A DNA stretch of 32,000 nt from Phycisphaera mikurensis NBRC 102666 (GTDB taxonomy: Bacteria; Planctomycetota; Phycisphaerae; Phycisphaerales; Phycisphaeraceae): assembly GCF_000284115.1 (NCBI RefSeq), contig NC_017080.1, positions 150,001-182,000 of the forward strand. The letters are read 5' to 3'. Below are positions 8,716 to 19,497 of the stretch, one piece after another. Numbering within the stretch: the stretch's first letter is position 1; every line of letters begins with the position of its first letter. Both the position numbers and the translations under genes were made by a program. The notes beneath the pieces were generated by a model. It had not been told where the DNA came from. It saw only the letters and a program-made list of their open reading frames with translations, and did no database searches.

Positions 8716-10188
8716 TCACTGCAGCAGCGAGAGCACGTTCTGCGCGCTCTGGTTCGCCAGGGCCAGCGTCGACGTGTTCGCCTGCTGCAGGATCTGCGCC
8801 CGCGTCAGGGCGGCGCTCTCCTCGGCGAAGTCCGCGTCGCGGATCGAGCTCTCGGCGGCGCTGAGGTTCTCCAGCGCCGCCTGCTGGCTCCGGGCCCCGG
8901 CGTCGAGCGTGTTCCGCTCGAAGGCGCCGAGCCGGCCGCGGAGCGTGGCGACCTGCTCGCTGGCGGCGTCGATGATGTCGGAGGCCTCGCGGGCCTTGCC
9001 CTCCACGAGCGAGTTGCCGCCGCCGGTGGCGATCGACGAGAGCACGCCCACCGTCGCGTTGCCCAGCCGCGAGGCGGCGATCGAGCCGATGCCGAAGCCG
9101 ACCTGCTGGAGCGAGTTCACCTCGGGGCCGACCTGGAAGAGCGCCCCGCCGCCGGTGATCGTGAACTCGGTCGTGTCGTTGAGGGTCGTGGCCGTGCCGC
9201 TGGTCAGCACCAGCTCGACGTCCAGCGTGGGCGTGGCGAGCGTGAGGCCGAGCCCCTTGCCCTCGGCGACGTTCCCGTTGACGGTGGCGAGCACGTCCTC
9301 GCCCCGGTCGCGGCCGAGCGCGGCGGCGACCGGCGCGCCGGGCGAGGAGAGCGTGACGAAGCTGTCCCCGCCGTCGAGCACGCTCACCGAGACGAACGCG
9401 TCGTCGCCGTAGCCGGTCGACTCGATGATCAGGCCGTCCTCGGGCGTGCCCGGGTTCTCGAGCCGGGCCGACACGCCGGTGGCGTCCCGCACCTGGTTGA
9501 TCGCGGTGGCGACGTCGGCCATGGACGTGCCCGAGATGAAGCTGAACGTGGTGCCCCCGACCGAGCCGGCGAGCTCGATCGTCACGCTCTCCTCCAGCCC
9601 GCCGGGGAAGGAGGCGTTGCCGCCGGAGAGGAACAGCGAGGCCTTCTCCGCCGGAGCGAGCACCGAAACCTCCAGCGGGATCGAGCTGTCGAGGCCGAAG
9701 TTGGCGGCCCGCACGAAGACGTCGTTCACTTTCGTCTGGTCGACGCCGCTGGTCACGAAGCCCAGCGTGCCGTCGAGCAGGTTCAGGCCCGCGAAGCTCG
9801 CGGTGTTGCTGATCCGCGTGATGCTCTGCACGGCCGAATCGATCTCCAGCTGGTTCGCCTCGATCTCCGCCGGGGAGAACGCGCCGGTATTGGCCGCCTG
9901 GATGGTGAGGGCCTTGATCGAGGTGAGCAGCGAGCTCACCTCCGCGAGAGCGCCCTCGGTGGTGGCGATCACGTTGCTGGCGCGCTCGGCGTTGTCGACG
10001 GCCTGGTCGGTGGCACGGATCTCCGAGCGGAGCCGCTCGCTGGCGATCAGGCCGGAGGGATCGTCGGAGCCGCGGTTGATCCGCAGGCCCGTGGAGAGGC
10101 GTTCGAGCCGGGTGTTCAGGTCGACGGTCGAGCGGTCGAGGTTGTTCCGGGCGACGAGCGACGAGACGTTGGTGTTGATGCGGGACAA
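8716..10188 (-). CDS. fliC: Flagellin, TTG start
   Basis: SRINTNVSSLVARNNLDRSTVDLNTRLERLSTGLRINRGSDDPSGLIASERLRSEI (N-terminal D0/D1) and AESSIRDADFAEESAALTRAQILQQANTSTLALANQSAQNVLSLL (C-terminal D0). The start codon on the minus strand reads TTG with GGAGG upstream. Confidence 0.96.
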   Translation of the reverse strand: MSRINTNVSSLVARNNLDRSTVDLNTRLERLSTGLRINRGSDDPSGLIASERLRSEIRATDQAVDNAERASNVIATTEGALAEVSSLLTSIKALTIQAANTGAFSPAEIEANQLEIDSAVQSITRISNTASFAGLNLLDGTLGFVTSGVDQTKVNDVFVRAANFGLDSSIPLEVSVLAPAEKASLFLSGGNASFPGGLEESVTIELAGSVGGTTFSFISGTSMADVATAINQVRDATGVSARLENPGTPEDGLIIESTGYGDDAFVSVSVLDGGDSFVTLSSPGAPVAAALGRDRGEDVLATVNGNVAEGKGLGLTLATPTLDVELVLTSGTATTLNDTTEFTITGGGALFQVGPEVNSLQQVGFGIGSIAASRLGNATVGVLSSIATGGGNSLVEGKAREASDIIDAASEQVATLRGRLGAFERNTLDAGARSQQAALENLSAAESSIRDADFAEESAALTRAQILQQANTSTLALANQSAQNVLSLLQ

Positions 10189-10330
10189 GCGGTGGCCTCC
10201 ATGCCGGAGTGAAGCCCCCTCTGGGGGAGCCGGAAGGTTGAGGAAGACGGGGGGCCGTCGGCCCCGGTGCGGGGCGGGCGCCGGCCCGCGTCAGGGGCGG
10301 GCGCCGCGACGGCGGGACTTGGAATGGGGA

Positions 10331-10585
10331 TCAGGCGGAGCGGGCCGCGGGCGGCGGAGCGGCCCCGGCGAGGCCGGGGTTCAGGCGGAGCCCCTCGAAG
10401 GCGATCGACGCCGAGGCGGCGTTCTCCTCCTGGATGGCTTCGTAGATCTCCTTGCGGTGGACCGACACGTCGCGCGGGGCGTGGATGCCGATGCGGACCT
10501 TGTCGGCGCGGACGTCGACGATGGTGATCTCGATGTCGTCACCGATCTTGATGACCTCGTCGCGTTGTCTGGATAGAACGAGCAT
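10331..10585 (-). CDS. csrA: Carbon storage/translational regulator CsrA
   Basis: [55 protein letters not shown], canonical CsrA core with a roughly 30-aa Ala/Pro-rich tail. Confidence 0.97.
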   Translation of the reverse strand: MLVLSRQRDEVIKIGDDIEITIVDVRADKVRIGIHAPRDVSVHRKEIYEAIQEENAASASIAFEGLRLNPGLAGAAPPPAARSA

Positions 10586-10702
10586 GGCGGGGAAGGAAGG
10601 TTGGAAGGAGGAGGAGGAAAGCCGGCAAGGGGGGGGAAGGATCAGCGGGTCTGGCTGAAGGTCTCCTTGGTCCCCCGGACGCGCTCACCTGCTGGCAGAG
10701 AC

Positions 10703-11209
10703 TCAGGAAGCCAACGCGGCCGGCTGGCCGATCGTCGTGACGACCGCGGCACGCTCACCGGGCTCCTCCGCCTTCAGGTTCAGGAGCGGCACGTGCGTGC
10801 CGAAGCGCTTGTCCGACAGCACGAACTGCTCGCCGACGCGCGTCGTCGTGTTGACCAGCAGCGGGCCCTGCAGGTTGCCGGTGAGCGTCTGGCCGCGCTT
10901 GTTCACGATCACCAGCACCTGCACGGCGGCCGCGGCGGCCCCGGCTTCCAGGCCGATGGCGGCGAGCTGGGCGCGGCCGACGGGCACCCGGAAGCCCGCG
11001 ACGTGCAGCGCCGGGTCGGTGACGACGAAGGCGAGGCCGCCGTCCTCGGTGCTCTGCAGCCACCAGAAGGGCTTGGGTTCGCCGGCGTGCGAGGCCTCCA
11101 GGAGGAGGAAGCGCGTGCGGCCGGGGAACCCGAGCAGCCCCCGGGGGAAGCGGATCTCCTCGGTGGGGTCGATGTGGAGTTCGCCGAAACGGGAGGTCGT
11201 GAGCGTCAT
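10703..11209 (-). CDS. fliW: Flagellar assembly factor FliW
   Basis: TTSRFGELHIDPTEEIRFPRGLLGFPGRTRFLLLE...PFWWLQSTEDGGLAFVVTDPALH, conserved FliW pattern directly upstream of csrA. Confidence 0.94.
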   Translation of the reverse strand: MTLTTSRFGELHIDPTEEIRFPRGLLGFPGRTRFLLLEASHAGEPKPFWWLQSTEDGGLAFVVTDPALHVAGFRVPVGRAQLAAIGLEAGAAAAAVQVLVIVNKRGQTLTGNLQGPLLVNTTTRVGEQFVLSDKRFGTHVPLLNLKAEEPGERAAVVTTIGQPAALAS

Positions 11210-11277
11210 GGGGTGCGTCCTGCGGGAGAGGGAGGGCGGCGCCGCTTCGGCGCGGCGCTGCGGAAGGTTTGGTGGGC

Positions 11278-13227
11278 TCAGCCCAGGTAGTCGAAGAGCG
11301 AGAGGCGCAGGCTCTGCGCGGTGGTCTGCATGGAGGCCTGCAGCTGGATCTGCAGCCGCTGGTAGCGGGAGATCACCTCGGCGAGGTCGGCGTCGGTGAG
11401 CTCGGAAAGCATCGCGGTCTCGGTCTCGGTGAGGTCAATCGCACGCTCTCTGGCGTCCTCGAGGCCCGCGGCCCGGACGGCCACGCCGGAGCGGGCGGCG
11501 ATGAGGCGATCGGTGTCGCCCTCCAGCCCCGTACCAGCAAGGCTGATGCCAGCGGTGTCGTCGGCCCGCAAAGAGGCGGCCAGCCCCGAGAGGTGCGTGA
11601 AGGCGTTGGCCACGTGGACCGTCGCGGTGTCTCCGCCGGCGAGGGTCCCGCCGGGTCCGGCCGAGGCTGTGGGTGGGAAGCCGAGGTGCTCGAGGGCGTG
11701 GCTCTGGTTGTCCCAGGCGACGGACATCGACGCGGGGCCCGCCGTGTTGTCCTGGAACACGAGGCCCGTGCCGGTGGCGGCGAGCGAGAGGTTGAAGTCG
11801 GCGGGCCCGACGCCCGCCGCGGCGGCCGCGGCGTTGGTGCGGCCGAGGACGTCCGACACGGTCGCCGCGCCCGTGAGGTCGACGCCGAAGGCGGTGCCGT
11901 CCGCGAGCGTGACCGTGAAGTCGTCGCCGTCGACCGCCACCACGCCCTCGCCGTGGCGGAAGGAGGACAGCGCCGTCGCGGCGCCGAAGGTCGTCAGACC
12001 CAGGTCGGCCGCGGTGCTGCCGCCGTTCTCGCCGAGCGAGAGCTCGAGGCCGGCGACCTCCTGGACGATCTCCAGCGATCGGCCGTCCGCGGTGACCTCC
12101 AGGCGGAGGCCCAGGCCCAAGCCCTCGATGGCGTTCTGCGCGTCCTGGACCGTCGTCGCCGCGGAGAGGTCGAGCACGGCCTCGGTGCCGCCCTGGTTCA
12201 CGAGGATGCCGCTGGCGAGGTCCAGCGGTCCGGGCAGCGCCGACAGCGGCGTCTCGGCGGTGAGCCGGGGCGCCGGATCGGCGCCCGCGGCGGTGCCGGC
12301 GGTGGCGGTGAGGCCGGCGACGCCGAGGTCGGCGGCGGCGAAGCCGCCGGCGGGATCGGTCAGCGTGATGGTCGGCCCGGCCGAGCCGAGCACGAGGCCG
12401 CCGGGGGTGACGGTGACCGAGCCGGCGCCGGGGGCGGCGGACTCGATCGCGGCGGTGAGCCGGGTTGCCGCGTCGCCGAGGGTGTCGGCGTCGGTGAGGT
12501 CGGCGACGGCCGCGGCCGCGCCGACCTGCACCCGGATCACGCCGCGCCGGATGCCCTCGCCGGCGCCGCCGCCGAGGTCGGCCAGCGCGGTCGCCGAGGA
12601 CGCGGCGGGCCCGAGGTCCACGCCGCCGCCGACGCGGGCGTCGAGCGCCCCGAACGCGTCGGCCCCGTTGCTGGTGAAGGCGACGAGACCCGGCTCGCCC
12701 ACCGGCGTCCGCAGGTCGTCGGCCGTGCCCGTGTAGCGGATCCCGCCGCGGAAGCTCTCGAACGCTTGGAGGCCGGCCCGCTCCCCGCCGCGGCCGGCGA
12801 AGGACGGCAGCGTGTTGAAGGCCCGGTTGGCCACCTGCTGCAAACCGGCGATCTGGCCGTCGACCACGGTCGCCTGCACCGCGCGGTTCTCCGGGTCGGA
12901 GGTGACGCCGACCTGTGCGAGCGCGAGGCTGTGCGCCTCGTTGAGCAGATCGGTCGCCTCGCCGAGCCCCTGCTCCGCGGTCAGCAGGTGGCGGGCCGCG
13001 GCGTCGAGGTTGCGTTGGTCCTGCTCCCGCGCGTCGATCCGCTCCCGCAGGTACAGCACCGACGACGCCCGCCCCGCCGCGTCGCTGGGCCGGTGGACCT
13101 TCTTGCCCGTGGCGATCTGCCGCTCCGCATCGGCGATCTCTGCCTGCGTCGACTGGATCGTCCGCAGGCTGCGCGCACCCGCGAGCAGGTTCGAGGAGCG
13201 GCCGAACTCGGTGGGAAAGGAGGACAT
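11278..13227 (-). CDS. flgL: Flagellar hook-associated protein 3 (FlgL), enlarged central domain
   Basis: Flagellin-like N-terminus (LRTIQSTQAEIADAERQIATGKKVHRPSDAAGRASSVLYLRERIDAREQDQRNLDAAARHLLTAEQGLGEATDLLNEAHSLA) and C-terminus (ETETAMLSELTDADLAEVISRYQRLQIQLQASMQTTAQSLRLSLFDYLG). Confidence 0.88.
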   Translation of the reverse strand: MSSFPTEFGRSSNLLAGARSLRTIQSTQAEIADAERQIATGKKVHRPSDAAGRASSVLYLRERIDAREQDQRNLDAAARHLLTAEQGLGEATDLLNEAHSLALAQVGVTSDPENRAVQATVVDGQIAGLQQVANRAFNTLPSFAGRGGERAGLQAFESFRGGIRYTGTADDLRTPVGEPGLVAFTSNGADAFGALDARVGGGVDLGPAASSATALADLGGGAGEGIRRGVIRVQVGAAAAVADLTDADTLGDAATRLTAAIESAAPGAGSVTVTPGGLVLGSAGPTITLTDPAGGFAAADLGVAGLTATAGTAAGADPAPRLTAETPLSALPGPLDLASGILVNQGGTEAVLDLSAATTVQDAQNAIEGLGLGLRLEVTADGRSLEIVQEVAGLELSLGENGGSTAADLGLTTFGAATALSSFRHGEGVVAVDGDDFTVTLADGTAFGVDLTGAATVSDVLGRTNAAAAAAGVGPADFNLSLAATGTGLVFQDNTAGPASMSVAWDNQSHALEHLGFPPTASAGPGGTLAGGDTATVHVANAFTHLSGLAASLRADDTAGISLAGTGLEGDTDRLIAARSGVAVRAAGLEDARERAIDLTETETAMLSELTDADLAEVISRYQRLQIQLQASMQTTAQSLRLSLFDYLG

Positions 13228-13375
13228 GGCGGGGAGCCCGTGGGGCCCGGGCGTTCGGGCGTGGGGCAGAGCGAGAACGTCGGGTCGGGGGGGTGCGTGG
13301 CCGGTCGCGGGCCTGCTGGCTTCTTCGGAGGGTCTGCTTCTGGGGGACGCACCCGCCCGAGACCGGGAGCGGCGC

Positions 13376-15106
13376 TTAGACGAGCCTCAAGAGCTCCTGC
13401 GTCAGCTCGTCCACCGTCGAGAGGAACCGGGCGCTCGCCTGGTAGCCGCGCTGGTACTGCAGGAGCGCGAGCGCTTCCTCGTCGCTGTTGACGCCCGAGA
13501 GCGCCTGCTGCTGGGCCTCGAGCGACTCGCGGACGGTGGCGGTGGAGGAGGCGTTGTCGCGGGCGCGCGACGTGGCGGCGGCGAGCGTTTCGACCTCGTT
13601 GGTCCAGGCCTGCCGGATGGAGCGGCCGCCCAGCCGGGCGCTGCCGCCGTCGGCGAGCGCGGCCACGGCGAGGGCCCCGCGGTTGTCGCCGGGGCGGTGG
13701 TCGCGGCCGACGGCGAGGCGCGACGGGTCGCCCACCACCGCCGCGTCGACGGCGAGGTCGGTGGCGTCGGTGCCCGAGAAGAAGGCGTTGATGCCCAGCG
13801 CCGCGAGCACGCCGGAGCTGTCTTCCCCGAAGCTCACCGCGGAGCCGGGCGTGTCGCCGGCGATCGTCAGGCGGCCGTCGGGGGAGACGGTGGCGGCGAG
13901 GCCATCGACCGCGTCGAGGCTCGCCGCCAGCGTGTTGAGCGTCGTGTCGTCGCCGCCGAGCCCGTCGAGGTCGACGGCCACGGTGGTGCGGGTCCGCTGG
14001 CCCGAGGCCGCGTCGCCGACGAAGACCGCGAAGGAGCCGTGGCTCGCGGCGAAGGCGCGGTCCGCGTCGGGCAGGTTGAGCGCGAGGTCCGCGTCGGCGA
14101 CGCGGTGGATCGCGGTCCAGCTCCGCTGCGCGACCAGGCCCTGGCTCGACGCGTGGGCCCGGTTCGTCTCGAACGCGATCGCTCCGGCGACGTCGTCGAG
14201 GTTCTCAATCGAGCGGCGGAGCTCCACCGTGCGGAAGTTCTGCAGCGCCCCCAGCGTGCCGCGCTGGCTCTCGATCGGCGTGCCGTCGGCCTCGATCGCC
14301 ACGTACGACTCGACCCGCGGCGGCGCGCCGTCCACGCCGGCGACCTCGCGCTCCGCCACGGTGAGCCCGCGCGATCGGCCGTCGAGCATCAACGCCTGGC
14401 TGCCCACGTGCACGTTCAGCTTGCCGGAGGCGTCCTCGGTGGAGGTGATCGGCAGCGTCTCGGCCAGCCGCGTGAGCAGCACGCCGCGGCGATCGCGGAG
14501 CGAGGCGGCCTCTCGGGCCCGGCCACGCCCGCCCTCGGCGGTGGCGATGCGGCCGTTGAGGTCCTCGATCTCGGCGAGCACGGCGTCGGCCTCGGCGACG
14601 GAGGCCCCGAGCTGATCCAGGCTCTGGTCCTCCAGCTCGGCGTAGGCGCCGCGCAGCTCGTTGAGAAAGCCGGCCAGCCCGCGGGCCTCCTCCACCACCA
14701 GCGACCGCAGCGCCGGGTCCTCGGGCCCGGTGGACAGCTGCGACCATGCGTCGAAGTAGCGGGTCAGCCGGTCGGAGAGGCCCGTGCCCGAGAGCTCGTT
14801 CTGCAGGCCTTCCACCTGTTCGAGCAGGCCGGCCGTCAGCGCCGCGCCGCCGGCATCGGTGCCCGCGAGCCGGAGCCGGCTCTCCAGCGCCGCATCGAGG
14901 ACGCGCTCGGCTCCGGCGAAGGCCACGCCGGTTCCCAGCACGTGGTCGCGGCCGAGGGCCACGTCCCGCCCCGGCTCCAGCCGCACCGCCCGGCGGTGGT
15001 GCCCGGGCGTGTTCACGTTGGCCAGGTTCTCCCCGGTCACCTCGATCGCCCGCTGGTGGGCGAGCAGGCCGGAGCGGCCGATCTGGAGGGCGGAGGAGAG
15101 CGACAT
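13376..15106 (-). CDS. flgK: Flagellar hook-associated protein 1 (FlgK)
   Basis: MSLSSALQIGRSGLLAHQRAIEVTGENLANVNTPGHHRRAVRLEPG, with C-terminal SGVNSDEEALALLQYQRGYQASARFLSTVDELTQELLRLV. Confidence 0.94.
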   Translation of the reverse strand: MSLSSALQIGRSGLLAHQRAIEVTGENLANVNTPGHHRRAVRLEPGRDVALGRDHVLGTGVAFAGAERVLDAALESRLRLAGTDAGGAALTAGLLEQVEGLQNELSGTGLSDRLTRYFDAWSQLSTGPEDPALRSLVVEEARGLAGFLNELRGAYAELEDQSLDQLGASVAEADAVLAEIEDLNGRIATAEGGRGRAREAASLRDRRGVLLTRLAETLPITSTEDASGKLNVHVGSQALMLDGRSRGLTVAEREVAGVDGAPPRVESYVAIEADGTPIESQRGTLGALQNFRTVELRRSIENLDDVAGAIAFETNRAHASSQGLVAQRSWTAIHRVADADLALNLPDADRAFAASHGSFAVFVGDAASGQRTRTTVAVDLDGLGGDDTTLNTLAASLDAVDGLAATVSPDGRLTIAGDTPGSAVSFGEDSSGVLAALGINAFFSGTDATDLAVDAAVVGDPSRLAVGRDHRPGDNRGALAVAALADGGSARLGGRSIRQAWTNEVETLAAATSRARDNASSTATVRESLEAQQQALSGVNSDEEALALLQYQRGYQASARFLSTVDELTQELLRLV

Positions 15107-15290
15107 CGGCAGGAGGAAGAGGGAGCAGGCGGGGAGGAAGCGGCGAGCGATCGCGAGGAAGAAATCCAGGAGGAGGAGCGGGACCGAGGCTCTGGATCGT
15201 CGCGCCCGACCCTTTCTTGAACTCCCCTCTCGCTCGCTCCTGTCGGAGCCGAGGCGACGCTGCGAGCGCCGATCCTGCTCCGCGGCGCAC

Positions 15291-15797
15291 TCACGCCACC
15301 AACGACATCCGGCTCAGCGAAAGCCGTGCCGGGGCGTGGCGGCCGCTGGCGGCGTAGCGGGCGCCGGAGCTGCGCTGCTTCATGCGCCGGACCAGCCCGT
15401 CGACGTGCGCGGCGGCGGCGGCGGCGGCCCGCGCGGCCGAGGCTGCGCGGCGGCCGTTGGCCTCGGCGGCGTCGCGGAGGGCGGCCCGCGCGTCGAGCAG
15501 GCGGCGGCGCGGGACCGGCGCGAGGCCCTCGGCGATGGCGGCGAGGCCCGCGTCTTCGGAGAGGCCCAGAGCGGCGGCCAGCGTCGCCGTCTGCGTCCGC
15601 CGCTTCCGCTCCAGGGCGACGCCTTCGGCGAGCGCCGCCGCTTCGTCGCGGTCGGCGGCCGCCATGGCGTCGGCGTCGGCGCGGCGGAGCGCCGACGTCC
15701 GCGCCTCGATCAGGTCGATCAGCCGCTCCTGCACCCGCAGCGCGGCGGCGAGGCCGGCGATCAGGTCCTCGACCTCGCGGGGCGCGAAATCGCTCAA
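15291..15797 (-). CDS. FlgN-like flagellar export chaperone
   Basis: Small coiled-coil-type protein (VEDLIAGLAAALRVQERLIDLIEARTSALRRADADAMAAADRDEAAALAEGVALERKRR) between flgJ and flgK, the usual FlgN position. Confidence 0.7.
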   Translation of the reverse strand: MSDFAPREVEDLIAGLAAALRVQERLIDLIEARTSALRRADADAMAAADRDEAAALAEGVALERKRRTQTATLAAALGLSEDAGLAAIAEGLAPVPRRRLLDARAALRDAAEANGRRAASAARAAAAAAAHVDGLVRRMKQRSSGARYAASGRHAPARLSLSRMSLVA

Positions 15798-16183
15798 GGC
15801 TGCGGCCCCCGCTTGGCGGCGTCGGCGACGATGCGATCGACCACGGGGAAGCGGGCCCCGCGGACGACGGCGTCGGCCAGGTGCGTCTCGAGCTGCTGAG
15901 CCATCGCGTCCTGCCCGAAGCCGCCGCCGAAGAGGTCGCTCTTGAGGGCCCCGCCGCGGGCTTCGGCCATGAGCGGGAGCAGGAAGGCCGAGGCGACGAA
16001 ACGCTCGGCCGCGACGCGGGCCTCGTCCGCGGCCCTGGCTTCGGCTCGGTCGTGCGCGCCGCGGACCGCGGCGTCGAAAGCGTTCGGACGGCTCCGGTCC
16101 GCGGATCCGCCGGGCCGGTGCCCGCCGGCGGCGAAACCCGGGGAAGCCATCGCCGCGGAGACCGTCGGCGGGACGCCGCTCAC
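15794..16183 (-). CDS. flgJ: FlgJ-type rod-binding protein (N-terminal domain only)
   Basis: NAFDAAVRGAHDRAEARAADEARVAAERFVASAFLLPLMAEARGGALKSDLFGGGFGQDAMAQQLETHLADAVVRG. Possible GTG start at 16183 overlaps the flgI stop; an ATG at 16150 is the alternative. Confidence 0.82.
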   Translation of the reverse strand: MSGVPPTVSAAMASPGFAAGGHRPGGSADRSRPNAFDAAVRGAHDRAEARAADEARVAAERFVASAFLLPLMAEARGGALKSDLFGGGFGQDAMAQQLETHLADAVVRGARFPVVDRIVADAAKRGPQP

Positions 16184-17304
16184 CGGTGGACCTCCAGCGT
16201 TGCGTGCAGGTTGCCCAGGGCGTGCAGCGTCTTGATGACGTTGGCCTGGTCCTCGAAGGGGACGTCCAGCGTGTTGAAGGCGTCGACGAGGTCCTGCAGG
16301 CGGGCGCCGTCGGCGCGCCGGCCGGGGTCCATCGCGATGAAGTTGTCCCGGTCGATCACCGGCTCCGCCAGCAGCGGATCCGGCGGCGGGACGAGCCTCG
16401 AGATCGTCATGCCCTTCACGGTGATCACCGTCGGCGTGAACTGCACGTCGTGATCGACGACGATCACGCGGGCCCGCTCGTTGATCATCACGCGGGCCCC
16501 GCTGGTCACCTGTGTCGGGTCGAGGTAGCTCTCCAGCACGCGGGCGATGAAGGCCGCCGGCCGCGCCGCCTCGCCCGGCGGGAGCGCCACGACGACCCGC
16601 TGCGGCGACACCGCACGGGCGATCTCCAGGTCCTGCCCGAGCGGGCCGAGGCCGTTGACCAGCGCCGCGACGTTCTTGGCCACCGGCCACGAGGCGTTGG
16701 CCTCGTGGAGCAGCAGCTCCATCGTGCCGTCCGCGGACAGCACCGCGGGCGTGAGGTCGCGGACGACGTGCAGGCCGTCCCCCACCCGGGCCGAAGCCGG
16801 CATCTCCGGGTCCTCCACGACGAGGCTGCCCGAGGCGAAGGCGAAGATGCCCCCGCCCGAGCCGCCGTCGCCCGCGACCGGGCCCTTCATCGGGGTCACG
16901 AGCAGGCGACCGCCCACCAGCGAGGTCGCGGTGCCGGCGACGTCGACGTAGCAGTCGAGCAGGTCGCCGCCGGCCGAGCCGGTCTCGGGCAGCCGCCCGT
17001 GCACGTGGACCAGCGCGATGGACTTGGTGCCGTCGAAGTCGTCGAGCACCGCCGTGTCGTCCGCGAGCTGGGCGACCATCTGCTTGAGCATCCGGTGGGC
17101 CGGACCGAGCTTCTTGTCGCCGGTCCCGTTCAAGCCGACGACGAGGCCCACGCCCAAGAGCGGCATCCCCTCGGCCCCGCGGAGCCGGGCGATGTCCTGC
17201 ACCTGCACCGCCGCGGCGGGCACGCCCGCCGCGACGGCGAGGAGGCCGAGCAGGACGAGGATCCAGGAGGACGTGCGGGAGGGTTCTGCGCGGGCGGTCG
17301 GCAT
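16180..17304 (-). CDS. flgI: Flagellar P-ring protein FlgI
   Basis: VQDIARLRGAEGMPLLGVGLVVGLNGTGD...GAVMINERARVIVVDHDVQFTPTVITVKGMT-type pattern...LQDLVDAFNTLDVPFEDQANVIKTLHALGNLHATLEV. Confidence 0.92.
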   Translation of the reverse strand: MPTARAEPSRTSSWILVLLGLLAVAAGVPAAAVQVQDIARLRGAEGMPLLGVGLVVGLNGTGDKKLGPAHRMLKQMVAQLADDTAVLDDFDGTKSIALVHVHGRLPETGSAGGDLLDCYVDVAGTATSLVGGRLLVTPMKGPVAGDGGSGGGIFAFASGSLVVEDPEMPASARVGDGLHVVRDLTPAVLSADGTMELLLHEANASWPVAKNVAALVNGLGPLGQDLEIARAVSPQRVVVALPPGEAARPAAFIARVLESYLDPTQVTSGARVMINERARVIVVDHDVQFTPTVITVKGMTISRLVPPPDPLLAEPVIDRDNFIAMDPGRRADGARLQDLVDAFNTLDVPFEDQANVIKTLHALGNLHATLEVHR

Positions 17305-17551
17305 TTGTTGCGCTGCTTCGAGAAAGGGAGGCGTGAGGGCGGGCTCCGTCCCGCCGCGGGGAGCCACGACGCAACCGCTGTGCCACGCCGCAACGGAACC
17401 CGTCCGCGTGACGGGTGCTCGCCCGCACGACGGCCGACCTCAGCGGCGGCTCGCGCTACCGGTCGCGCCGCATCGCCCGCTTCCCGCATCCGCGACGCCC
17501 GGGAAGCCAGCACGCGCAGCGTGCCGGGCACGCCGCGCCGCGTCGCTTCGC

Positions 17552-18538
17552 TCACCCCCCCGCCGCCGGCTCCTGCTGCGAGAGGCAGTGCAAGGCGCCG
17601 AGCCCGACGACGAGCCACTCGGCGCGGACCGGGACGATCCGCAGCTCCGGGGCCGCGCGGTCCGCGGCGGCGAGCGCCGCGTCGTCGCTGGCGCAGCCGA
17701 AGACCGGCAGGAACAGCGAGCCGTTGGAGATCAGGAAGTTCGCGTGGCTGGCCGGCACCAGCTCGCCGGCGGCGGGGTCCTGGCCGAGGCGACCGGTGGC
17801 GGCGTCGTAGAAGAAACCCGGGTCGACCGAGGGCAGCGTGTGGACGTCGAAGCCGCCGTGGGCGCGGAGGGTCTCCAGGTTTTCGCTCAGGGCGTCGTGG
17901 TCGCGGTGCCCGGCCGGCGCCTCCAGCGCCAGCACCGCGTCCTCGGAAACGAACTGCGCGCAGTCGTCCACGTGGCCGTCGGTGTCGTCGCCGCGGATCC
18001 CCTCCCCGAGCCAGACGACGCCGGGGGCGCCGAAGCACTCGGCGAAGAGCCGCTCCACCGAGGCTCTCGTCTCCCCCGGGTTCCGCTCCGCGTCGAGCAG
18101 GCAGGCGGCCGTCGTGAGCACGCTGCCCCGGCCGTTGACGCTGAACGCGCCGCCCTCGAGGAACAGGCCGTGCCGCCAGCGCCGCAGCCCGGGGTGCTGC
18201 TTCTCCACGAAGTCGAGCACGCGGGCGGCCCCCGCGTCCATCCGCGCCCACGGCGGGTACTTCCCGCCCCAGCTGTTGAAGCGGAAGTCGTGGGCGCCGA
18301 GGCCCCCGCGGTCGTCGACGACGAACACCGGGCCCCAGTCGCGGATCCAGGCGTCTTCGGGCCGCGCCTCCGCGACGAGGTCCTGCACGACGGCGACCTC
18401 GACGACCTCGCGCATCGCGTCGACCCACGCCGCGTGCTGCGCCTGCGCCCTCTCCAGCGCCGCCGGCCCGGGCCACGTGTCCGGGTTGTCCGGCCGCGAC
18501 ACCCACACCCGCCGCTGCGGCTCGAACTCGCCGGGCAT
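17552..18538 (-). CDS. aguA: Agmatine deiminase / peptidyl-arginine deiminase family
   Basis: MPGEFEPQRRVWVSRPDNPDTWPG...EDAWIRDWGPVFVVDD...FRFNSWGGKYPPW...LFLEGGAFSVNGRGSVLTT...GDDTDGHVDDCAQF...HCLSQQEP. GDDTDGHVD and the C-terminal catalytic HCLSQQ are diagnostic. Confidence 0.93.
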   Translation of the reverse strand: MPGEFEPQRRVWVSRPDNPDTWPGPAALERAQAQHAAWVDAMREVVEVAVVQDLVAEARPEDAWIRDWGPVFVVDDRGGLGAHDFRFNSWGGKYPPWARMDAGAARVLDFVEKQHPGLRRWRHGLFLEGGAFSVNGRGSVLTTAACLLDAERNPGETRASVERLFAECFGAPGVVWLGEGIRGDDTDGHVDDCAQFVSEDAVLALEAPAGHRDHDALSENLETLRAHGGFDVHTLPSVDPGFFYDAATGRLGQDPAAGELVPASHANFLISNGSLFLPVFGCASDDAALAAADRAAPELRIVPVRAEWLVVGLGALHCLSQQEPAAGG

Positions 18539-18546
18539 GCGCCAGC

Positions 18547-19497
<951 letters not shown>

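Noticed and set aside
16059-16104. A third 46-bp palindrome, CCGCGGACCG-N26-CGGTCCGCGG, inside flgJ
   Set aside because: The arms and length match the other elements, but the left part encodes NAFDAAVRGA, which looks like native conserved FlgJ sequence, so chance in GC-rich coding sequence is plausible. Worth including in a genome-wide search but not claimed as a copy.
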